A stretch of 64,000 nt of DNA from Bradymonadia bacterium (GTDB taxonomy: Bacteria > Myxococcota_A > Bradymonadia > UBA7976 > UBA1532): assembly GCA_046290225.1 (NCBI GenBank), contig JBKAGE010000044.1:1-64000 (forward strand), read 5' to 3'. This document shows, piece by piece, positions 38,941 through 48,308 of the stretch. The stretch's first letter is position 1. Each line of letters begins with the position of its first letter. A model generated the notes under the pieces. That model was given only the letters and a program-made list of their open reading frames with translations, was not told the origin of the DNA and did no database searches. Made by a program: the position numbers and the translations under genes.

Positions 38941-39741
38941 TCAGTTGAGGACGAACATGGGCAGGGGGGTGTGGCCGAGGGCCTCGAGGCTCTGAGACAG
39001 CTCCTGAGCGTCCATCGGGCGGTAGAGGATCTCCATGGGCAGCCCCCGACCATCTACAGGTGGGTCGAAGGGCATGCTGAGCAGCGGCCCGGGGCCCGGG
39101 CGAGCGGCGAGAGCGAGTGCCAGGGCGTCGACGACGTCGGTGCGATCGAGGACCGAGCGCGGGTAGCGTTGGACCATCTCGTCCACGAGGGCCACTGTGC
39201 CCGGCAACAACATCTCCAACACCGCGAGGCGATCGGTGAACCCTTCGTCGTGGTGCTTGTTGCGTCGCATGGGCTCACCACACAAAGCCCTGAAAATCAC
39301 CTCAGGGTGGCTCTCTCTCACCACGGCCTGGGCCTCAAGCTCTTTTTGCAGCAGGGCGTCGACCTCGCGTATCCCGGGCACAATGTTCCAGGTTTGCTTG
39401 GCGAGCTTTTTCCCAGTGAGGCGGGCATTGATCTCACAGGCCTCATCGTACGTGTCGGCGTACACCGCCTCGCGGCAGGGTACCCGAAAAACACTCGACG
39501 AGCGTGGCCCGATGAGGCGCCGGGCGGCGCGATCACAACGCCGCTCTTCTTCACCCCCTTCGGGCAGGCCGATGGGCATGTCCACCAGGATCAAGGCCGC
39601 CTGGCTGTAGGCCGTCCACAGAGACTCGAAGGTCTCGAAGACCTCCACGAGAGGGGGCGCGCCCATGATCAGTCGGGCGGCCACCCAGCCACCGCGACAG
39701 CCATCGACACCGACATAGGCCCTGGGCGCACCTCTCATCAC
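38941..39741 (-). CDS. DUF429 family predicted nuclease (RNase H-like fold)
   Basis: VGVDGCRGGW, VDMPIGL, RRCDRAARR, ESHPEV, DVVDAL. Confidence 0.85.
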   Translation of the reverse strand: MMRGAPRAYVGVDGCRGGWVAARLIMGAPPLVEVFETFESLWTAYSQAALILVDMPIGLPEGGEEERRCDRAARRLIGPRSSSVFRVPCREAVYADTYDEACEINARLTGKKLAKQTWNIVPGIREVDALLQKELEAQAVVRESHPEVIFRALCGEPMRRNKHHDEGFTDRLAVLEMLLPGTVALVDEMVQRYPRSVLDRTDVVDALALALAARPGPGPLLSMPFDPPVDGRGLPMEILYRPMDAQELSQSLEALGHTPLPMFVLN

Positions 39742-40889
39742 TGCCCTTCTCCTCTCTGGAGCGTCTCCGTCGCCCGACTCCACACCCGAGCCATTTGACG
39801 CTGCGCTGCGCGGCGAGCAGGACCCTCGATGGCCCGCGCCAGAACTTCCAGAGCTTCCCCTGGTGGACGCGTCCTGAGCCGTGACGCCAGGGCGCCATGG
39901 ACCACGAGGCGATCTGCTCGCATGGTTGCTTCATCGGCACCGGCGTCGCCCCATTCAAGTGGAATTGCTTCGAGAATCGCCGCGAGGGCCGGCGCCATGA
40001 GCTGTGGCGCCCTGGGCGGAAGGGCCCGAACGAGGGCATTCCGGAAGCTCGCAGGCAACGGCTGACCGACGATGGGACCCTCAACTTCGGGCAAAGAGTG
40101 AGGCCCGTCGACGAGGGTGCCCACACCATCGAGGGTGGCCACGGTGGCCCAGTGCTCACCAGCAAGAAAAACCTCGGCGCTGAAGCCTTCTTCGGTGCGC
40201 ACCAGCCTCCGGGTGCGACCTCGGGTGCTGAACATCTGGCCGTTGACGTAGACCGCTTCGACCTCGTCCCGCCGCTGCACGCACACCTGTGGGTGGGTCC
40301 ACGACCACATGAACGGTCGCGGGTGCCAGTCCACGGCAGGGGTCTTGTTGGCCGTGGTCAGCGCGCTTTCTTCCACCCCCTCTGTAAACCGCGCGCAGGT
40401 GGCCACGAGATCGATGGCGTCCTCCTCACCCAGCGCGAAAGACGTGTGCAGCGCATCGAACAAGGCCTCTGTCGGATAGGGCCCGGTGTAGCGCAGAGAC
40501 GACAACCCCGCGATCTGGGCCGTGATGGAGACAGCATTGAGGATGGCAGCCCCACCCCCTTGAGGCAGCCGCCCGGGCTCGGCGAGAGGGGGGATGCACT
40601 TGGGGCGCGACCACTTCACCTGCCGAAATGGGGTGATGGGCCGCTCGATGGCTTCGTTGCTCATGGCCTCGGCCTGATCGTCGAAGGGGCCACAGACGAG
40701 ATCGCACCGCCCGAGCACAGGATGTTGCGCCTGGGCGGTGAGCACGGTGATCCACTGCCCTCCGGGCAACTTGAGCGCCATCCGGCTCAACGTCTCCGAG
40801 CCCCACTGAGCGATGATGTAGGGGGTGTCGCCGCCCACGCTGAGCACACGGCCTTCTTCGGCGTGGATGTCGAGTTCGGACGAATGCAT
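39738..40889 (-). CDS. Hypothetical protein
   Basis: RBS AGGAGG before ATG 40889; long ORF coupled to DUF429; YTGPYPTEALF motif. Confidence 0.75.
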   Translation of the reverse strand: MHSSELDIHAEEGRVLSVGGDTPYIIAQWGSETLSRMALKLPGGQWITVLTAQAQHPVLGRCDLVCGPFDDQAEAMSNEAIERPITPFRQVKWSRPKCIPPLAEPGRLPQGGGAAILNAVSITAQIAGLSSLRYTGPYPTEALFDALHTSFALGEEDAIDLVATCARFTEGVEESALTTANKTPAVDWHPRPFMWSWTHPQVCVQRRDEVEAVYVNGQMFSTRGRTRRLVRTEEGFSAEVFLAGEHWATVATLDGVGTLVDGPHSLPEVEGPIVGQPLPASFRNALVRALPPRAPQLMAPALAAILEAIPLEWGDAGADEATMRADRLVVHGALASRLRTRPPGEALEVLARAIEGPARRAAQRQMARVWSRATETLQRGEGQ

Positions 40890-41067
40890 GTTACCTCCTG
40901 GCCGCCGATCAAAGATGCCCGGGCGATATGGTGGTTGTGGGGGTGCACGCTGACCCACGGGGTCCCACGGTGTATCACACCCCACGGCAGAGGCTGACGC
41001 GCTAAATTGCGCACCCAGCTATCCAGATGGCGCCACAGCATGACATTCGATACAGAACAACACGACG

Positions 41068-41080
41068 TAAACCACTGAAA
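41068..41080 (-). promoter_or_regulatory. IHF-like site
   Basis: TAAACCACTGAAA resembles YAA-N4-TTGATW, 30 bp upstream of the sigma54 motif. Confidence 0.4.
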
Positions 41081-41110
41081 TCACCTCCCGACAGCCATCC
41101 CCGGCTTTTC

Positions 41111-41126
41111 TGGCACGCCCTCTGCT
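41111..41126 (+). promoter_or_regulatory. sigma54 (-24/-12) promoter of the tRNA operon
   Basis: TGGCACGCCCTCTGCT vs consensus TGGCACG-N4-TTGCW (one mismatch). Confidence 0.75.
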
Positions 41127-41224
41127 CTAGTGCTGGGCGCCGCATCGAAGCGGACCGGGGGCGCCACTCTCGCCCCGCTTCGAGAAGGCCTGAGCAGCTG
41201 CTTTCATGCACGTATTGCTCATGT

Positions 41225-41296
<72 letters not shown>

Positions 41297-41423
41297 CAGT
41301 GGATTTGGGCGGGGCCTCGCGGGGGCGGGGTTTCGGGGTGCGGGCACGCCAGAGGTGGTGATTCTCATGTCACCGCCTCTGACGTGAGGTCCTCTGATGG
41401 CTTGACCATCAGGCGACCTTGTT

Positions 41424-41498
41424 TCCAGGGTAGCTCAGGGGTAGAGCATCCGGTTGTGATCCGGTGAGTCACGGGTTCGAATCCCGTCCTTGGAACCA
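41424..41498 (+). tRNA. tRNA with GTG (His) anticodon, non-canonical: U-1, U1-A72, A73
   Basis: TCCAGGG-TA-GCTC-AGGGGTA-GAGC-A-TCCGG-TTGTGAT-CCGGT-GAGTC-ACGGG-TTCGAAT-CCCGT-CCTTGGA-A-CCA. Confidence 0.88.
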
Positions 41499-41501
41499 TG
41501 T

Positions 41502-41530
41502 AGAGCCCAGGTCGTCGACCTGGGCTTTTT
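41502..41530 (+). terminator. Rho-independent terminator of the tRNA operon
   Basis: AGCCCAGGTC-GTC-GACCTGGGCT-TTTT. Confidence 0.85.
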
Positions 41531-41664
41531 CATTCCGTGCGCCACTGAGTTTGGCGCGATCACTCAAGTCGAGCCTGATCACGGCCCCTACCTTTCGAGT
41601 GTGCGCTGCGGATGATGCACATCCGCAGCCTGGCGTCTTCTCACGCGTACACTCGGAGGTCTCC

Positions 41665-42576
41665 ATGCGCCCGACCAGACTGACTCCAAAACTCCTTGTC
41701 TCTACCACTTCATGGGTGGTCCTTCTGGTGTGCCTGCTCTGGGCAGGCTCCGGCTGCGCACCCAACGCGGCGTATCGTGTCGATGTGCCTCAGAGCGATC
41801 AGGCCAAGGTGCGGAGGCGGCCCGCTGGCGAAGTCCTGATGGTCTTGTCGGCGGCCCCGATACAGACGCTCGCTGACGGCACCACGAGAGAAACCGGATA
41901 CTTCCTCAACGAGTTCTACGAGCCATATCAGGCCCTCGTCGGCGCCGGTTACAGCATCACCATCGCCACGCTTGACGGCCAACCCCCGAGCCTCGATCCC
42001 GAGAGCCTCCAGGAAAAGTACTGGAATGAAGGCCCTGAGACGCTGGCCCAGGCCCGGGCCCTCGTCGAGACTCTGCCTCAGATGAGATCTCCCGTGCCCC
42101 TCGCAGAGGCAGCTCGTCGGGCAGATGCCTTCCAGGCCCTCGTCGTCCCCGGAGGTCAGGGGGTCATGGTCGATCTGCTCGACGCGCCGACGCTGCATGC
42201 CCTCATTCGAGACTTCGCCGCCACGGATCGACCCATCGGCCTCATCTGCCATGCGCCAGCGATCTTGAGCCGGGTGAACAACCTCCCTGCTTCGTTTACC
42301 AACCGACACGTCACCTCGGTCTCGGGCATCGAGGAATGGTACATCGAGTCGTTCGTCATGGACGCCGAGGCCCAGGTGCGAGGCATCGGCGATCGACTGG
42401 AGACTGCAGGCTTTCGCCACGAGAGCGGCTTCCCGGGCAAGTCGCACGCAGTGCGGGACTGCAACCTCGTCACCGATCAAAACCCCTTCTCTGGTGAAGC
42501 GTTCAATACACTGTTCCTCGATGCACTTCGGGATTGGCGACGGGGCGGACGCTGTGTGCCCAACGTGGATGGCTAG
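41665..42576 (+). CDS. DJ-1/PfpI (type 1 glutamine amidotransferase-like) lipoprotein
   Basis: RBS GGAGG; lipobox GSGC; TGYFLNE, PGGQG, ICHAP, TDQNP. Confidence 0.85.
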   Translation: MRPTRLTPKLLVSTTSWVVLLVCLLWAGSGCAPNAAYRVDVPQSDQAKVRRRPAGEVLMVLSAAPIQTLADGTTRETGYFLNEFYEPYQALVGAGYSITIATLDGQPPSLDPESLQEKYWNEGPETLAQARALVETLPQMRSPVPLAEAARRADAFQALVVPGGQGVMVDLLDAPTLHALIRDFAATDRPIGLICHAPAILSRVNNLPASFTNRHVTSVSGIEEWYIESFVMDAEAQVRGIGDRLETAGFRHESGFPGKSHAVRDCNLVTDQNPFSGEAFNTLFLDALRDWRRGGRCVPNVDG

Positions 42577-42579
42577 ACG

Positions 42580-43515
42580 ATGAACCACGAAGATCAAGGC
42601 AGCATGACGAGCCAGACGCTCACCGCCATGCTCAGGCAATCCGTATCGAGCACTTATCCAGATCTGGTGGTCGACGGCCTCGACAAGGTCGAGATCCTCG
42701 ACGCCGTGTACCAACGAGCGGGCTGGACCGCCGTCGTCTCGTTGGGGCGGGCGCTGCGCACCCTCACGTGGCACCCGGTCATCCGTGCTCTGCTGGCGGC
42801 ACGGAGTCTCGAGGCGATCGCCGAGCGCTGGATGCGCCTCGAGCGGTTCGGGCACTCGCGTAATTACACCAAGTTGCTCGACTGCCGACGCGATGGTGGC
42901 ATCACGACACTGAGGCTGCGCCACGTAGCGAGAGATGGTGGCGCCATCGCCGCCGTGAACGACCTCTTCGTCTGGGGCATCTTCATCGGCCTCATGGAGG
43001 CAGCCCACGTCGAACATCTCGAAGCCGGCTTGCAGGTCGACGCATCAAGCCCGCTCTTCTCGCTCTATGGCGAGATGCAGGCGCCCTCTTCTGCCCCCCT
43101 GCCAGAGATCACCCACACCCTTGTCCTCAGTGGCCACTTGCCTGCCACAGCTTTCAGCGCTGAGGTCGAGGTGCTCGACGAGGGAGATCCATCGATGAAG
43201 GGCCGTCTTGCCGCGCTCCAACGACACGATCTGCTCGAAGTGTGGCAGCTCGCCGATGCCGCCCGGTTGCTCGGTGTCTCCGGGCGCTCTCTGCAACGCG
43301 CTCTGCACCAGGAGGGCACCACTTTCTCAATGGTGGTGCACCACACCCGGATCGAGGCCGCCCAGCATCTCATGTCGGATCCTCAGCTCAAGCTCACCGA
43401 CATCGCGTTCTGCGTCGGCTTTGCCGATCAGGCCCACTTCACCCGAACGTTCCGCACGCTCTGTGATGTGCCCCCTTCAGCCTTTCGCGCGCTGCTCCTC
43501 ACATCTCAGGCGTGA
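42580..43515 (+). CDS. AraC family transcriptional regulator
   Basis: AARLLGVSGRSLQRAL, DIAFCVGFADQAHFTRTF. Confidence 0.92.
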   Translation: MNHEDQGSMTSQTLTAMLRQSVSSTYPDLVVDGLDKVEILDAVYQRAGWTAVVSLGRALRTLTWHPVIRALLAARSLEAIAERWMRLERFGHSRNYTKLLDCRRDGGITTLRLRHVARDGGAIAAVNDLFVWGIFIGLMEAAHVEHLEAGLQVDASSPLFSLYGEMQAPSSAPLPEITHTLVLSGHLPATAFSAEVEVLDEGDPSMKGRLAALQRHDLLEVWQLADAARLLGVSGRSLQRALHQEGTTFSMVVHHTRIEAAQHLMSDPQLKLTDIAFCVGFADQAHFTRTFRTLCDVPPSAFRALLLTSQA

Positions 43516-43542
43516 GCACCCGAAGGTGCCCGCCCGCTTGCC

Positions 43543-44247
43543 TCACAGCTCCGCTGGCCTGTCATCGAGGATCTGCCCCAGGGCGTCGTCGAAAGGCACA
43601 CGCTGAAAGGTCCAGGCCTCGTAGACATCGACGCGCTCGACGCACCGATCAGTCGCCCGAGGCTCGCCAAAGGTGAGGCCAGCAGGGTTGATGTCGACGA
43701 AGTCCATCAGCGTGCAGTCCCGGAACGGGAAGAAAGGCTCACCGCAGTTGTCCGTGGCGGTGCTCATGGGCACGTTCATCGTGGCGTTGCAGTCGTCCAC
43801 CCCCAGAATTTCGAGGATTTGAGGCACGTCGACATAGGTGGTGACGTAGCTGCTGACATCTTGCCAGTCCAGCTCCACCGCGGTGTCGGAGATGGCCGCC
43901 GGGCCACCGAGACGGTACCCCCGAACGATGTCCCATCGAGCCAGAGGTACAGTCTGCGCCTCATCTGCGTAGACCAGGACCGCATGCCAGGCGTGGGTCT
44001 CCCCGACGATCCAGATGAGATCGGCCCACGCGGTGACGCCATTGCCTTCCACGGGCGACAGCACACGCCATATCCCCTTGAAATCAGACCCCTCCGGATC
44101 TCGCTCGCTGCCCGCTCGAGCGTCTTGAATCAACTCATCCATCGAAGGTGGAGCGGTCTCTTCTGGCGTCGTAGTGTCCTCACCACAGCCTGTGGTGAGG
44201 CTGATCCACAACGCGGTGACGGCAAAAAGGGCGATTTGGCTGCTCAT
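43543..44247 (-). CDS. Lipoprotein, APCDD1-like domain
   Basis: RBS GAAGGAG; lipobox TTGC; YADEAQTVP, GYRLGGP..ELDW, Cys spacing and LTFGEP pattern resemble APCDD1. Confidence 0.55.
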   Translation of the reverse strand: MSSQIALFAVTALWISLTTGCGEDTTTPEETAPPSMDELIQDARAGSERDPEGSDFKGIWRVLSPVEGNGVTAWADLIWIVGETHAWHAVLVYADEAQTVPLARWDIVRGYRLGGPAAISDTAVELDWQDVSSYVTTYVDVPQILEILGVDDCNATMNVPMSTATDNCGEPFFPFRDCTLMDFVDINPAGLTFGEPRATDRCVERVDVYEAWTFQRVPFDDALGQILDDRPAEL

Positions 44248-44449
44248 GAGCATCTCCTTCGGGTGACATGGGCTCTGCAAGAGCCTGAAAGGAGACTAGA
44301 AATGTGGTGAGACCAGAGCTTGTACGATGGCGCCAGCTCTCTCCTGGCTGCCTGAGTGCATGTCTGTGGTAAACGCTTTTTTTGCTGGAAGCCGCAGCGC
44401 GCTCCGTTAGGGTCGGTGCCCTTGACACTTGCCCTGCGGAGCCGACGCG

Positions 44450-45271
44450 ATGTCGACCAACCTTATCCTCGCACATACGCAGAACAGGGTACGCACCCTG
44501 ACCATGAACAACCCGCGCCGCCTCAATGGGTGGACCCTCGAGATGATGGAGGCCCTCTTCGAAGCGATGAAGGTCGCCGCCGCAGACGACAACGTGGCGG
44601 TCCTCGTGCTCACGGGCACCGGCGACTACTACAGCGCCGGGGTCAACCTGTCCTCCACCATCCAGTTGGGGCATCCCAAGGCGCTCCGGGAGCAGATCCG
44701 CAGCCACAACCAGCAGCTCTTCGATCAGTTCATCGACTTCCCAAAGCCGATCCTGGTGGCCTTCAACGGCCCCGCCATCGGTGCCACGGTGACCTCTTCG
44801 ACGCTCTGCGACGGCGCCATCGCCTCGGAGAACGCCAACTTCCTGACCCCCTTCGCCCGCCTCGGCGTGCCCCCCGAGGGCTGCTCCAGTGAGCACTTGC
44901 CTCGCCTGATCGGCGAGGCGGCTGCGGAACGCATGCTGGGCCGCGAAGGGTGGAAGCCCACCGCCGCCGAGGCCCTCGAGATGAACTTCCTCGACGAGGT
45001 CGTCGCCCCACAGGATCTCGCCAACCGCGCCCAGGCCATCGCCGAGTCCTGGATAGAGGCTGGCCATACCCGGAGCTTCCGCGCCGGGGCCACTGCCGAG
45101 CAGCTCAAGGCGATCAACGCCCGTGAGTCGGAAGATCTCGCCGACGCCTTCCTCGCACCGCCATTTCTCATGGGGCAGTTCAAGTTCTTGTGGAGTCGCA
45201 AGAAGTATGGCCCGGCCCTCACGTTCCTTGGCCTCCGCGCCACTCGACCTGGGTGGTCACGCCTGCTCTGA
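44450..45271 (+). CDS. Enoyl-CoA hydratase/isomerase (crotonase) family
   Basis: LTMNNPRRLN, YYSAGVNL, FPKPILVAFNGPAIG, PFARLGVPPEG. Confidence 0.92.
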   Translation: MSTNLILAHTQNRVRTLTMNNPRRLNGWTLEMMEALFEAMKVAAADDNVAVLVLTGTGDYYSAGVNLSSTIQLGHPKALREQIRSHNQQLFDQFIDFPKPILVAFNGPAIGATVTSSTLCDGAIASENANFLTPFARLGVPPEGCSSEHLPRLIGEAAAERMLGREGWKPTAAEALEMNFLDEVVAPQDLANRAQAIAESWIEAGHTRSFRAGATAEQLKAINARESEDLADAFLAPPFLMGQFKFLWSRKKYGPALTFLGLRATRPGWSRLL

Positions 45272-45351
45272 AGACTGTTGTCTTCAACGTTGGGTGCGTG
45301 ACTATGAGTCTGCTACATTGCCCGCGCACCACAGCTGGATCACCACAGGCA

Positions 45352-45957
45352 GTGAAGAACACCACAGGCAAATCAACGCAGCCCACCGCCCTCCGTGCGC
45401 TGTTATGCCTCGAAAAAGTCGCCCTCAAAAAAAGTCTCGATGGCCTGTCGATGCGTGGCGTGGCCGAGCAGCTCGGGATCTCTCTGGCGGCGCTGCAGTA
45501 CCACTACCCGACGAAGTCGAAGCTGATCGAAGCCTTCATCGAGCAAAAACTCGAAGAGCACCGCAGCCGAACTCGGGCGCTCATCGAGCAGATCGACGGT
45601 TCGGAGAGTCTCGCTCAGGTGATCCGACGCATCCTCGACGAGAGCAGAGCCACCGAAGCAGAGTTCAGCATCATGATGATGATCGAGGCCCGGGCTCTGC
45701 ACGACGAGGGCACAGCACAGACGCTTCACCGCGGCATGTGTATGTACGTGCAGACGATGCAGGAGGCTGTCTCCGCGTGTGATCCCACCCTCGATGAGGC
45801 CCAATCGCTGAAGGCCGCCACCCTCATCATCTCGCTCATCGAGGGCACGTACACCACCTTCGATGCCGCACACACGCTCGGTGCGCAGACGCCCGACCTC
45901 ATCGATGCCATGGTCAATGCAGTGCTGGCCATCCCCGAAGTCGTTAAGACGATCTGA
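45352..45957 (+). CDS. TetR/AcrR family regulator (start uncertain)
   Basis: LSMRGVAEQLGISLAALQYHYPTK helix-turn-helix. Confidence 0.85.
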   Translation: MKNTTGKSTQPTALRALLCLEKVALKKSLDGLSMRGVAEQLGISLAALQYHYPTKSKLIEAFIEQKLEEHRSRTRALIEQIDGSESLAQVIRRILDESRATEAEFSIMMMIEARALHDEGTAQTLHRGMCMYVQTMQEAVSACDPTLDEAQSLKAATLIISLIEGTYTTFDAAHTLGAQTPDLIDAMVNAVLAIPEVVKTI

Positions 45958-46057
45958 GCCTAAGCTCACACACCCCCCTGAGGCATCCAGGGCAGGCTTG
46001 CATGTTGTATCGGCTCGGTTATGTTGAAGATCCACGCGAGATTCAGGAGTCGTTCAG

Positions 46058-46453
46058 ATGGCGCGAGTCACCGGCATCGGTGGTGTGTTCTTCAAATCCA
46101 ACACGCCCAAAGAGCTCTCTGCCTGGTATGCCCGACATCTCGGTATGCGCCTCGAGCCGTGGGGCGGCGCGATCCTCAAGTGGCCTGAGGACACCGCGGA
46201 AGATCGAGGCGTGACCGTGTGGAACCTGTCGGCGAAGGACTCAGACTGGTTTGCACCGAGCACATCGACGTTCATGATCAATTATCGCGTCGACGATCTG
46301 GATGCGCTGCTCTCACAGTTGCGTGATGCCGGTGTGGAGATTCTGGGCGGCCCGGAAACCCACGAGAATGGCAAATTTGCGTGGCTCATGGATCCGGAGG
46401 GCAACAAGCTCGAACTCTGGGAGCCCATGCTCTGGGACGAGGCGAACGGCTGA
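46058..46453 (+). CDS. VOC/glyoxalase family protein
   Basis: RVTGIGGVFFK, MINYRVDDLD, DPEGNKLELWEP. Confidence 0.92.
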   Translation: MARVTGIGGVFFKSNTPKELSAWYARHLGMRLEPWGGAILKWPEDTAEDRGVTVWNLSAKDSDWFAPSTSTFMINYRVDDLDALLSQLRDAGVEILGGPETHENGKFAWLMDPEGNKLELWEPMLWDEANG

Positions 46454-46476
46454 TCATGTGTGGGTAAGAATGCGCC

Positions 46477-47451
46477 ATGACGTCCACTGATCTCACCGGG
46501 CTCAACACGCTGCACGCCCTGCTCGAAGAGGAGAGCGTCTCTGGCGCAGCCCGCCGGCTGGGGCTCTCCACACCAGCGGTGAGTCACGCCCTTGCCAAGC
46601 TGAGGGCACGACTCGACGATCCGCTCCTCGTACGGGCCGGACGGCGCATGGTCCTCACGCCGAGAGCCGTGGCCCTCAAGCCACGGGTACGACAGGCCAT
46701 CGCCACAGCTGCACTGGTCTTCGACCCCGAGACCCCCTTCAGCCCGGCGACGCTCGAACACACATTCACCGTGAGCGCCACCGACTATGTGCTGCTCGTC
46801 TTTGGTGGAGCGCTCGACGCTGCATTGCAGGCGGAGGCGCCAGGGCTGAACCTGAGGATTGTGCCCAATGTGGTCGATGACGCCGCGCGGTTGCGGGCGG
46901 GAGAGACTGATCTCGCGATTGGCATCTATGGCGATCTGCCACCTGAGCTGAAGATCCGTCCAATCATCACTGATCGCTTCGTCTGCGTCGTACGCCAGGG
47001 GCATCCCCTGCTCGGTGAAGCGCTCACCGTCGAAGCCTATGCAGCCCTCGAGCATGTGCAGGTGGCACCGAGAGGCCGCCCGGGTGGCTACCTGGACGAG
47101 TGCCTCGCCGAGTTGGGCCTGAGCCGACGCGTGGCCCGAGCGGTGCCGTACTTTCAGTCGGCCCTCGAGCTGACGGCGCGCTCTGACCGCATCCTCACCG
47201 TCTCTGAACGCATCGCCCGACGGCTCGGACCAGGCCTCGCCCTTGAGATCCTCGAGCCGCCTCTGCCCCTGGAGCCCTTCGCGCTCTCCATGATCTGGCA
47301 CCCTCGCCACGATGCCGATCCAGGGCACCGCTGGCTGCGCGCACAACTGGCCCACGTCACCGGCTCCATGGGGGGCATGGCCCACGCAGAGCCTCGCCGA
47401 CGCCTCAGCCGCTCTGATCCCACGACCGGTATGGGCACACGTAAAGATTGA
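46477..47451 (+). CDS. LysR family transcriptional regulator
   Basis: ESVSGAARRLGLSTPAVSHALAKLRARLDDPLLVR; PBP2 effector domain. Confidence 0.93.
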   Translation: MTSTDLTGLNTLHALLEEESVSGAARRLGLSTPAVSHALAKLRARLDDPLLVRAGRRMVLTPRAVALKPRVRQAIATAALVFDPETPFSPATLEHTFTVSATDYVLLVFGGALDAALQAEAPGLNLRIVPNVVDDAARLRAGETDLAIGIYGDLPPELKIRPIITDRFVCVVRQGHPLLGEALTVEAYAALEHVQVAPRGRPGGYLDECLAELGLSRRVARAVPYFQSALELTARSDRILTVSERIARRLGPGLALEILEPPLPLEPFALSMIWHPRHDADPGHRWLRAQLAHVTGSMGGMAHAEPRRRLSRSDPTTGMGTRKD

Positions 47452-47462
47452 ATCGTGTGCAA
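47448..47462. promoter_or_regulatory. Candidate LysR T-N11-A box
   Basis: TTGAATCGTGTGCAA; core TGAATnnnGTGCA recurs at 51375 and inverted at 51394. Confidence 0.6.
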
Positions 47463-47547
47463 CTATAAATTGAATTCCGTTCTATTGTTGAAACATCCTT
47501 AGATCAGAACACTGGCTCTGTACCCACCTCACAGCAGGAGCCAGCGC

Positions 47548-48294
47548 ATGAGCGCCAACGCCAACATCACCCAGCCAGAGCGCAAGAAGCGCATCCTCAT
47601 CATCGCAGCCAACCCCTCCACCTCCACGGTGACCCAATGGCCCGTGGGCTTCTGGTGGGCTGAGCTCACCCACCCCTACTGGGCCTTCACCGAAGCGGGC
47701 TACGAGGTGGAAATCCGCAGCCCTGACGGCGGCGCGCTGCAGGCTGACGGGTTCAGCGATCCAGAAGACGATAGTGGCTACTCGGCCCACGACATCCTGA
47801 GCCTCGGGTTCAAGCACTCGGCGCAGCACATGGCCCTCCTCAACGACACCAGGAGCATCGACGACGTTAACCCTGCCCACTACGACGCCATCTTCCTCGC
47901 CGGCGGGCAGTCCCCAATGTTCACCTTCCGCGGCAACGAGAAGCTCCAGAAGCTCGTGGCGGTCTTCTATGAAGCGGGCAAAATCACGGCCCTGGTCTGT
48001 CACGCCACCTGCATGCTCCTCGAGACGAAGCTCAGCTCCGGTGAGCTGCTTGTGAAGGGGAAGACCTGGACGGGCTTCACCGATGCTGAAGAGGCCTTCG
48101 CCGACAACTATGTGGGCCTGCACATCCAACCTTTCTGGATCGAGAGCGAGGCCCGCACACTCGAAGACACCAACTTCGTCGTGGATCAGATGTTCCGGCC
48201 CTTCGCGGTCCGTGACGGTCGGCTGATCACAGGACAGCAGCAGTTCTCCGGAGCCGAAACCGCCAACCTCGTCATCGAAGCCCTCGGCCGCTGA
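47548..48294 (+). CDS. DJ-1/ThiJ/PfpI family protein
   Basis: GFWWAELTHPY, AGGQSPM, VCHA, ITGQQQFS. Confidence 0.9.
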   Translation: MSANANITQPERKKRILIIAANPSTSTVTQWPVGFWWAELTHPYWAFTEAGYEVEIRSPDGGALQADGFSDPEDDSGYSAHDILSLGFKHSAQHMALLNDTRSIDDVNPAHYDAIFLAGGQSPMFTFRGNEKLQKLVAVFYEAGKITALVCHATCMLLETKLSSGELLVKGKTWTGFTDAEEAFADNYVGLHIQPFWIESEARTLEDTNFVVDQMFRPFAVRDGRLITGQQQFSGAETANLVIEALGR

Positions 48295-48308
48295 GCATAG
48301 GAGGCAAC

